A stretch of DNA of 64,000 nucleotides from Macrostomum lignano (Eukaryota): contig NIVC01001425.1 in assembly GCA_002269645.1 (NCBI GenBank), positions 52,666 to 116,665 on the forward strand. The letters are read 5' to 3'. Each line of letters starts with the position of its first letter. Position 1 is the stretch's first letter. Positions 45,974 through 55,648 of this stretch are shown piece by piece. The position numbers and the translations under genes were made by a program. A model generated the notes under the pieces. That model was not told the DNA's origin. It was given only the letters and a program-made list of their open reading frames with translations, and made no database searches.

Positions 45974-48004
45974 ATGTCGCTGAAGCTGTTCGAGCAGTTC
46001 CTGCAGACGGAGATCGCCCGGCGCCCCGGCCTTGCCAACGCGCTGAAGTGGAAGGGCGGCCTGCGGCTGTGCAGCCAGCTGTTTGACGAGGCCGTTGCCG
46101 ACCTTCACTACCGCCTCATCCGCCGGGCCGTCCAGCTGCTTTTCAGCCGCGCCAATGCGGCCCGGCTGCGCGAGCTCGCCTGCGACACCAGCGGCGCCCA
46201 AGGCGGATTCGGCGACGGCGCAGTCGGCAGCAGCTGCGAGACGAAGTACGCCAGCTCGGAGTCTTCGCGGACGGCGACGCCTGGCCGAAGTCGCGGCACC
46301 AGTCGGAGCGGCGACGCCGGCGTTGAGAACTTCGACGCGCGCTGGGACGGCCAGTCAAACAACTCGCAGTGAGTTCGCTGTGCGCACCTGTGGAGTGCCT
46401 GCGAGAGGGTGGAGAGCAGTCAAAAGTATCGTCAGAGACTATCGCAAGTGTGAACGCACTGATATCAAAGTTTGCACAGCTAATGCCATTAGTAATGGCT
46501 CCAAGGACATAGCAAAATATTTTTGAAGTTTAAAATCTGTAATTCCCACTCGAAATCCCACTTTTTGTACCATCTTTTTTCAAAGAGCCGCCCATTCTCC
46601 CGACTCAACCACAAAAGGGGACTCAGGCAGACGCCGCGATCGACTGCTCGGCACGGAGGCGGACTCGGTTGCTGTGGCAACGGCGCCAGCTGCGGTGGAA
46701 CTACTGGCAACAACAGCCGGTGGCCAAGAGCTGGCGATGTCAGGCAGACACCGCAGCAGCAGTGGCAGCCTCAGCAGCAGCCTCAACAGCAGCATCAGTG
46801 CCAGCAGCCGCAGCAGCCGCAGTTTTGCCAGCAGCAGCCTCGGCAGCCGCCAGTGCCTGAGCGCAGAGCTGCCGTCTGCAGCGGCCCGGTGCCCCAGCCA
46901 TGCAAGCCGCCAACGCCGCTACGGCCGCAGGCTGCAGGGCAGCAGGCCGCAAAGGTTCGCGAAGGACCGGCGTACAATTACCCCTCAGCTGGCAGTCACA
47001 ACCGGCAGGCCATGGCCGGCTGGTACGTGGCCAACATGGACGCCCTGCTCAGCAATCTGATGCGCCTATTTGAGAAGATCTACGCCGACACGTTGAGCAT
47101 GTGCGGCGCCAGCCCCAGCGCAGTGAAGGAGCTGCGCAACGCCCTGCCGGACCCAACTCTGCTCAGCATGCAGCAGCGGGCAGGCGGTGCGTGGCGGCCG
47201 AATTACATGACCTGCAAGATCGACTTCGTGCTGCACATGGCTGCCATGGTGTATCGCAACACGCAGGACCTCCGCTGTGGCTGCCGCTGCCCGGAGCCAG
47301 CAGATCCCTGCCCCGCCTTGGGCGATCAGCCGCGGCAGACTGTCCAGCAGCAGCAGCAGCAGCTCGACTGTCTGCAGCAGGCAGCTCTGACGCGGCACAG
47401 TGGCGTGCAGCACACGGTAAACCGGAACAACGCCGCTGCGGCCGCGGTGGTCACCGCAGACGAGTTGGAAGACGACAACAGAGGCGACACTGGCGACACC
47501 GGCGACTGGCGGAGCCCTCGCCTTGCGGGCCAGGCCTCGGGGGCGCTTCAGGAAGACAGCTCGTGGGAGCGGCCCCCTGTCCTGAATGCGAACGGCAGCA
47601 GCAGTGCTGGAAGGCGGTTGCAGGGAGGTCGGCCGACGCAAAAGACTCGCAGATCGACAACGCCGCAGCCCCTGCAGCGACAAAAGCCGCAGCAGTCGGT
47701 GGAGACCAAGTACTTCGCCAGAGCGTTCGTCGACTCCAAAGACGCTCGAACTGGCAGCAGCGCCGTTTCGACGGCCCGAGTGCGGCCGAAGCGGCGCCAC
47801 CGCCGGAGCTGCCCGAAACAGCAGAAAAAGCTGCCGCTGCAGCCAGCCGTGCGGGTGCAGCGCACATTCAGGGTGTCGGAGGACAGTGGGTGCAGCGGCT
47901 CGGAGCGGACGCAGTCCACGTCACCGTCGTCCACCGGGAGCGACTCGTGCGGATCCGCTGCAGGTGGAACGCATTTTCGGTGCAGCATCGACGTGCCTCG
48001 GTAA
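45974..48004 (+). CDS. Uncharacterised Q/S-rich protein, exons 45974-46368 and 46627-48004 (~590 aa); start and end uncertain
   Basis: GC3-rich codons and a phase-2 ca|gtgagt...ctcag intron that keeps frame. A gtaag donor at 48001 suggests a possible further exon. Confidence 0.6.
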
Positions 48005-48614
48005 GGTGGCCTTTTCTGGTTTGTGCGCGCCGCTTTTGCCGGTTCGATGAAAGTGCAGCGTGTCCGTCTAATCACAGCGTTTCGGTTATTTAAACTGCAT
48101 CTGTAGCCATTTTACATAAGAGGCATTGGCGGAGTAACACTAGTGGGTGTACATGTAGTTAAACGTTGAATCTAGGCATAGGTGCGAGCTAATGACTAAT
48201 TTGAACCACAACCCACCGGCTGAAGTTTTTCAAATAACTACTACTAACTCAATATTTACCGAACATGATGCTCTACCTATGTTTTAATCGGCGCGCTAAA
48301 CGCGTAACTCCTATTTATATTTTCTCGTTGAATTGACAGCTCTTTACTTCTTTGTATCGATACGTCGTGCGACTTATGTCCAAACGAGTATTTGACAGTG
48401 ACAATACACGAGCGTAGGTTTTTCAAGAAATTACTGCGATTATTTTTTCATAAAAGGAACTGAAAGATTGTCTTTATTAGACGATTGGCTTCTGTTTTAC
48501 ATTTCGCTTAGAAATTATCATGCATAATGATGCACACAAGCCTCAAATGAATGTGGCCTCACAACAAATCGAATGAGGGGTTGTGGTGGCGCGATAGTCA
48601 GATGCGTTTATCGC

Positions 48615-49250
48615 TAACGAGGCAGGTTGTCGAAAAGAGGTAGGTTGTCGAAGTGGGAGGTTGTTGGAGAGGTAGGTTGTCGAAGAGGTAGGTTGTCGAA
48701 GAGGTAGGTTGTCGAAGAGGTAGGTTGTCGAAGAGGTAGGTTGTCGAAGTGGGAGGTTGTTGGAGAGGTAGGTTGTCGAAGAGGTAGGTTGTCGAAGAGG
48801 TAGGTTGTCGAAGTGGGAGGTTGTTGGAGAGGTAGGTTGTCGAAGAGGTAGGTTGTCGAAGAGGTAGGTTGTCGAAGTGGGAGGTTGTTGGAGAGGTAGG
48901 TTGTCGAAGAGGTAGGTTGTCGAAGAGGTAGGTTGTCGAAGAGGTAGGTTGTCGAAGTGGGAGGTTGTTGGAGAGGTAGGTTGTCGAAGAGGTAGGTTGT
49001 CGAAGTGGGAGGTTGTTGGAGAGGTAGGTTGTCGAAGAGGTAGGTTGTCGAAGAGGTAGGTTGTCGAAGAGGTAGGTTGTCGAAGTGGGAGGTTGTCGAA
49101 GAGGTAGGTTGTCGAAGTGGGAGGTTGTTGGGGAGGTAGGTTGTCGAAGAGGTTGTCGAAGAGGTAGGTTGTCGAAGTGGGAGGTTGTTGGAGAGGTAGG
49201 TTGTCGAAGAGGTAGGTTGTTGAAGAGGTTGGTTGTCGAAGAGGTAGTTT
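48615..49250. repeat. 16-bp minisatellite (gaggtaggttgtcgaa / gtgggaggttgttgga)
   Basis: Alternating unit variants in tandem. Confidence 0.95.
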
Positions 49251-49692
49251 CCAAAGCAAATTCAACGAAAACTCTTCTTGAATCATTGATGGCTTTGGAA
49301 AAATGAGCAACGAACCGATTCTTTGAACACTAACGATACTTAGGAATCTGAAAGCTACGCGAACTAAAAAAATGTCACCCACAGAAAGAATTCTATATTT
49401 AAATTATTTTGTTTTCTTTCAAAAAAATAAACACCTTTTTCAGGTTTTGCGATCTATAAAGCATTATTGGCTGATAAAATCAGAAAGTAACATTCGGCGC
49501 TTAAGTATAGAAGTACACTACAGAGTGGCAGAAAGCTATGGGACTAAAGAGGATGCGGCTGTGAGGATATTCATAAATTATCGGTTGGGAAACGAGCGTT
49601 TTCTTATAAAAAAAGGTCTTCGCCGTTCAAAGATACTAAAAGGTTAAAAAGCAAACTATGGAGAAATTGGTGCGTGTCTTTTTTCCTGAGAG

Positions 49693-51683
49693 TTACTGTC
49701 TGATGGCTGAGGCATCGCCTCGACCATACGACTCTCTGGTTTCGCTGCGGCAGCTGAGTAGGTTGTCCGTCTCCGATTCGTCGCCGCTCACCTCGGCGGC
49801 TCGGCGAGTGTTTGGCACCTGAATTCGAACTATCGGAGCTGAAGGCTGCTGCTGCTGCAGCTGCTGCAGTGGCTGCTTCTCGTAGTGGGTCAGCGTGTTG
49901 GCCTGGCTGGGCGGCGCGAACTCCGAGCTCAGAGGAAGTTGCGGCTGATGCGTCTGTTTAAAAATATTTATAAAGTGAAACTAGTTAAATAAATACGAAT
50001 GAGACACACTAAAATAATGACTTCATTCATGATAGCTTTTAGTTGAGCTCAATCATTACATATGAGCGTATATGCAATGTATTTAATAACCCTCATTCCA
50101 TATTAAAGCTGTGCTTCTGGTGAAGCACTTCTGCAGCCAGACCTTGCCGAGGAATTGCTGAGGCTGCTGCTGCTGCTGTTGCTGGCCCAGCTTCTGGGCG
50201 GAGTCGCGCACGTAGACCTCGTACAGAACGGACACGATCTCCTCGCGGAAGGCGCGATTAGCCGCCATGGCGAAGTAGTTGGTGACGAAGATGTCCGCCC
50301 TGTCTGTGATCTTGTAGTTGTCCGGCGTGCCGTCTCTGACCACCTGGCGCGGCGCCTGCTCGTTGGCGTAGAGGCACTCGTCGAGGAACAGGCCGAAGCT
50401 GTAGCCGAGATTGTCGCAGCCGCTCAGGCCCAGCCGGCACTGAAACGCGTCGATGGCCTGCCGCATCAGCGAGTCGCGGCGCAGCTCGATGTCGAACTTG
50501 TAGGACCACTGGCGGAGGTTCTTCTCGCTGTAGATGAGGTCACGCTCCGCCTTTATGAAATCCTTCAAGGTTGAAGTGGTTGGAGATGTGAAATCTAAAA
50601 CTTGTAATTTATTGCCAAACTTGAGCAAAGTAGTTCTGCGCATGCAACTCAAGAGGTGAGAAGGTCGTCTATCGTTGTGACTGAAGTACAGTACTCGTAG
50701 CTACTGGCTCTTTCTCAAACCGATTTTACTCCTGTCTGACCTCAGGAGCCAGGACACAAGAAGTGCGCATTTTGCCGATGAGAAGGTCAAGGACATTGGG
50801 GACTCGTGCTTGCTTCGTTTTGCTTGTTCAGGTCAGGGGAGACGGTAGAACGGACAGAATGCAGTTCCCATAGCTACCAGCACGAGCAAATTAAGCGTGC
50901 AAAAATGGTCCTCCTAGTAATTTCAACGCACAGGCAGCATTCCCAGCTCCTTGCCTGAATGTCCATCTCGTCCGAGTTCGAAGCGTCGTTGAGCTCCGCT
51001 CGCCGCATTCTACGAATGAAGGCGACCAGCTTGTCCAGCTCGCTCTTGGCGTTCACGTAGACCTGCTTGAGCTGGTCGAACCAGCCCGGCTGGCGGACGT
51101 GGAACGTCAGGGTGACGTATTTGCCCTTCGACTGCTGGTCCTCGCGTATCGATATGTGGCTGAAGCTGCTGACCAGCGCGTTGCAGCCGTTAACCAGCAG
51201 GTAGCGCGAGCTGCCGACGCCTCGCTTGGCTCCGTCCGCGCTGTCGCAGCCTCGCCGAGCTCTGGTCGGGCCCGACTGCTGTGTCAGCGGCATCGGCGGT
51301 GGCGGCGCCGGCGGCGGCTGGAACAAGCCGCGGCGCTTCATCAACAAGCCGTCCAGGGCGGCAATGTCGGGCACCTGCGCCTTCTCTTCCGGGTCTGTCT
51401 CGTAATATTCCAGGTCGCTTTTGCGGGACAAGCACATGATCTGGCTGACCGCGTTCTTCAGGTCCACGGACTCGAACAGCTCTGGGCGCAGCATGGCTGG
51501 CTTGTGGTCTGGAGCTTCCGGGAGGGTTGCTGAGCGACTGTCTGACCCTAATAATTCACAACTAAAATGTCTCAACAAGGGCTGCCTTGAATATGCTCGT
51601 TCGTGAGTTTGGATGCTGGCTGCCATTGAGATGCCGTTCCGTTCTGTCCTTCTTTTTGTCTCTGGCCTATCTTCTGTAGACAT
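49693..51683 (-). CDS. Uncharacterised protein, exons 51683(or 51673/51626)-50955, 50700-50143, 49953-49693 (~500 aa)
   Basis: Three GC-rich - strand frames joined in phase 0 by a GC-AG intron (cag|gcaagg) and a GT-AG intron (aag|gtctgg...taaacag); TAA at 49695-49693. No family recognised. Confidence 0.6.
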
Positions 51684-51761
51684 ACAATAATAAGTGACTT
51701 CTATTACTTAGAGACGATAATAAAAGTAAATGCGTGAGGCCGTATAATTAAAGTGAGGCAT

Positions 51762-52428
51762 TTAATTTAATTTCGGTTCCTCGATTCGCGTGGTTCCGCG
51801 TGAGTGCCCGACACTCGTTGCAGTTGGCAGTTGCAGCAGCTCGTCAGAGTTGTATCTTTTCAGGCAAAATTCATCACCTTTCTTTTTTAACTTGTTACGA
51901 ATCAACTTGTAAATGCTTCAAAACCAGTGCAAGCCTTCCTAGTGTTCTATTAGGGGGCGGAGCAGTTCAGCGGTGAACGCGTCTGACTCTTGCGCCACGA
52001 CCCCTGGTTCGATTCCGTTCGATTCACAATTGGAAGCTCCAACGCTAGCACAATAGTAAAAGTAGCGTTGAATATCAGCCCTGCAGCAGACCAAGCTTGC
52101 TGGGGCGTAGTAGCCTCCATCGTCCTTTTTGAGCGTGTAGTAATGGAATTGCAGATACTCGTTCAGCATGGGTGAAGGCAAATCGCCAGCGTTTTCAGCG
52201 GACCGTTTCTTCAGAAAATCTACAAACGCTTCTCCATGCTTATACATCTGCTCACGTGTACTCTTTGGAAGAGACGATATTTCAACGGGATCCAGAACAA
52301 CCTCATTGGTCTCCGGTAGGTCAGGAAGATTGACTCCAGACATAATACCTTCATCCAAGCTTGTCAATGCGTCGATCTTCGTCTCTCGCAGCTCTTCGTC
52401 TGCACTCCAGTCATTGGCGGAGAGTGAA
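51762..52428 (-). pseudogene. Crypton (tyrosine recombinase transposon) N-terminal-domain-like fragment; open frame 52428-51939, then stops at 51939 and 51918
   Basis: KSTREQMYKHGEAFVDFL...DLPSPMLNEYLQFHYYTLKKDDGGYYAPASLVCCRADIQRYF matches the recalled Crypton/KCTD1/KIAA1958/ZMYM pattern L..F....rk.dG..Y.p.SL...ra.iqRY. No catalytic R-H-R-Y region seen. Confidence 0.55.
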
Positions 52429-54322
52429 CTAAAAAAACTCAGATTGAATCACTCCGTCGAGACATTCCATCGGCAGGTTCTTCCAATTTATTGAATGAAA
52501 TATTGCCATATTTTGGTATTCAATGTACAGCTTAAAAGTTGTTGACTAGAGGAGCATTACTCCTCTTTTATGACTGTTTCGAAAACTTTGTATACGGTCG
52601 AAAATCCACAGCATAAATCTGTACTTTTACTCGTATTTTTAGTACCGTTAGGCAATGAAAATTTTGACTATCTACGTTAAACAATGTCAATTCAGCCGTT
52701 GCTTCACGCCAGTTAAAAATAGTATTTTCCATTCAATGCTATTACTACAATGTAATTGTTCAGTATGTCTTTTCCATACATCAAAGACATACCGAATAAT
52801 GGTGACTTGCTATAATGCTGAAAAATGTAAGCCAAAATGCCGATTCAAACTGCCAATTGCTCCGAAGACGCATGATTTTATAGAACTTGCAGTACTAAGT
52901 GAAAACGACAGCTGTTTAATTTTGATTTTTACATGTTAAAATATAAACCTATTAACATGAGAACAGTAGCGCGGCTTTAGTTGCTTCTGTGCTCAAGTTA
53001 CGTTGCTGGAAAAGAAGTTTCTTCACTTCCTGCCGGCAGTCCCTTACTTGACTTGCTTTTATTACGACTCCCAAGCTTACTCGCGTGAATTTGAGCTATA
53101 AAGACTCAACAAAAACCACGACAAGTGGATCTCGAGCTGCCTTCCTTGTAGGAATGGGCCATATATTTTTCCCGATATTGTTTCTACGTTGTTTCATGGC
53201 TAAAATACGCCAGTCTGGCGCTTGTTCATACAATGTAGAAAGCAATTCACGTCCTCAGGACACGCACAATTCTGACACTTGCAATTCAGTGTATTTCCAT
53301 TTTTGCCATGCATTTTTCAGTTTTTGTCAAGATTAAAAGCAGTGAGTTCTGGTGGGTAAAATGTGCAATAACAGTTGTTTGTAATCAATGGTACTCGCAA
53401 AAGAGTTGTTATAGGGATGATAATGGATAATTGCAAAATGGTGCTGTTCCCGTGCAACTTTCCGACATCCGCCGGCGTATGCTGACATAACCCGACGTCG
53501 ATGGACGTCACTGGAAACTGGTATTTTTTAATTGCTGTACAACATCGGATTATTGCTGTGCAAGGTGGGTGCCGTTAAGAAAAAGGAAATTTAGTTTTTT
53601 TAAATACAGTTACAAAAGTAGAGCTGTTCATTTTCAGTGATGCAAAAAAGTGTGAGTTAATCATGAATTGTGTCCTCTTGGACCGCTAGAGAAGAAAAAA
53701 TAATTAAATATTGCTGTTTGTCAATTGCTGTAGCTGCTACCATATAGTGGCTTTCCATCTTTAGTAAAAAATGGCTTTTAAACATTTGAGAGTCGACAAG
53801 TAGTTTTACGAGTAGAGAAAGTATTCAAACGTCAAATCAGCTACTTTATATCTATCGGAGTTTCTGTTCCAACGAAACCTAATGGAATCGAGCTAACTGA
53901 GCTATTTGACAGCGTTTTTTTTCATTTCAATTGACGTTACTGCCTAATCGTTTTTTCCTGCCCTTTAAAAGCGTGTTCACGTAGCAGTAGCCTATAACTT
54001 TTCAGCATTACAATTAGAGATTTAGGTGGCTATATCAAAATAAAATTGACAGCGTCTGAAAACCATACGCTAAAGAACGTCCTTTACCTACTGGCGGTTA
54101 TGTGAATCGGCGGAATTAGGCGCATCAGATTCTGAGCAGTAGCGGACCTTATATTGACTCTAATGTTCTAATCCGTTCTCATGTCGCTTCAGAGTTAAAT
54201 ATGTAATTGGAACACTAGAGGACAAGTTGTAACAATCAAAAGAAAAACGCACACCTCCTTGTATTCGGTTAAACAAAAGTATCGGCAAACCAATATCAAC
54301 AGAGGTTGACAGCCTTTCCAGA

Positions 54323-55648
54323 TCACATTCTGTACTTTGCAGCCGGCAGGATAACCATGCAGACGCAGACATTAGTCAGTGTTAGCCCGATGTACAAGGC
54401 CATGAAGAAACAGTCTTGTCTCTGCGGTTCTCGTCGTCTGGCCGACTGTGGCGGCCGGCGAGGCTTCCTATTGATGTGCTCGAGTTCGAGTCCGCTCGCC
54501 GCACTGCCGCCAGCCGGCGTCTCGAATTCCATGCCGCCTGGCGTCGGCGTCGCCAAAGGAGCCGGCCGTCGAACGCGCTTCTCTTTTACTTTGGTCAGCA
54601 GGCCGTTGGCGTCCTCGGTGTAGTATATGACTGGGCCAGCGCCGCCCGCCCCACTGAGGTTGCTGCGAATGGCCAAGAAAGTGAACATGATGAGCAGAGC
54701 CATTTGTATCATGATGTAGATGCCCAACAATGGAATCGTCTGCATCGACTTGGGCGCGCTTGAGCTCGTGATCATCACGTACAGTGTCATGGTGAGCAGT
54801 ATTGCGATCGACATGCTCACTCGGTCGCCAGCTTCGTCAGCCAAAAACATGAGACAGGCCATGAAGGACAGCATGAAGAATGGCACAACAATGACAAATA
54901 TGTAGTAGTATGGTTTACGTCTGACTTCGATCTTCACTTCGAAGTAGTCCCACATTTGATTGACGTTATCGTCGAAAAAGTTTTTTTCCTCGATGCTGAA
55001 ACTTATTATCTCCCATTCGCTGACGAACTTGGATATGTTGGCCATGCGGATGTTGCTCTTGGGCAGGTGGATGCGGTAGCTACCGCGGTAGCTGGTCCAA
55101 GGACCGAACTGAAAATCGCACTTCTGCGAATCGAATGGGAAGAACATGACGTCTATTGGGCAGGCTACAGTGGTTACCAGGTGATAATAAATATACACTG
55201 TGCCATTCGGATACACCAGAGCCTCTACTGCTTTGAGTAGGCGAAAGTCGAATTGGTTCTCCTTCTTAGTGTTGCTCAAGCCCACGTCCGGTATCCAGAT
55301 GTTGTCGGCAGGGACCTTGATCACTTTGAGGCCGCCATACTCGGTTGAGTTCCACTCCAGACGGGGATCACGCCACAGAAAGGCCGTCCAGACGCCGATT
55401 TCAAGAATCTCATTCTGGTCCAAGCCGTAAAAGTGCAGTATTTGGAAGCTCATGTTTACCTGGGATCGGTTGCTGCCAATCTCCGGGTAAACGTAGCGGC
55501 CGTTGGAACCAAAGTTCTGCAACAGACGAGTGATCAACGCCGTCACTTTTGCTTCCATCAGGAAGCCGGATGAGTTCGATGGGCTTCCCGTCACTATGGA
55601 GACGATGATGAGGATTAAGCCGACAACTGATTCGGCTTGGAGCTTCAT
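54323..55648 (-). CDS. Intronless Cys-loop ligand-gated ion channel subunit (nAChR-like, non-alpha), 441 aa from ATG 55648
   Basis: Hydrophobic signal peptide, WRDPRLEW, IWIPDV, Cys loop CPIDVMFFPFDSQKC, RRKPYYY, M1-M3 and a C-terminal M4. No vicinal CC in loop C. Confidence 0.92.
   Translation of the reverse strand: MKLQAESVVGLILIIVSIVTGSPSNSSGFLMEAKVTALITRLLQNFGSNGRYVYPEIGSNRSQVNMSFQILHFYGLDQNEILEIGVWTAFLWRDPRLEWNSTEYGGLKVIKVPADNIWIPDVGLSNTKKENQFDFRLLKAVEALVYPNGTVYIYYHLVTTVACPIDVMFFPFDSQKCDFQFGPWTSYRGSYRIHLPKSNIRMANISKFVSEWEIISFSIEEKNFFDDNVNQMWDYFEVKIEVRRKPYYYIFVIVVPFFMLSFMACLMFLADEAGDRVSMSIAILLTMTLYVMITSSSAPKSMQTIPLLGIYIMIQMALLIMFTFLAIRSNLSGAGGAGPVIYYTEDANGLLTKVKEKRVRRPAPLATPTPGGMEFETPAGGSAASGLELEHINRKPRRPPQSARRREPQRQDCFFMALYIGLTLTNVCVCMVILPAAKYRM

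Noticed and set aside
46669-48093. Multiple long overlapping ORFs on both strands (also around 15131-16037 and 26432-27818)
   Set aside because: Expected shadow ORFs of GC-rich exons; one frame carries the splice-compatible protein.
48543-49382. Pro/Thr-rich - strand ORFs
   Set aside because: Derived from the 16-bp minisatellite.
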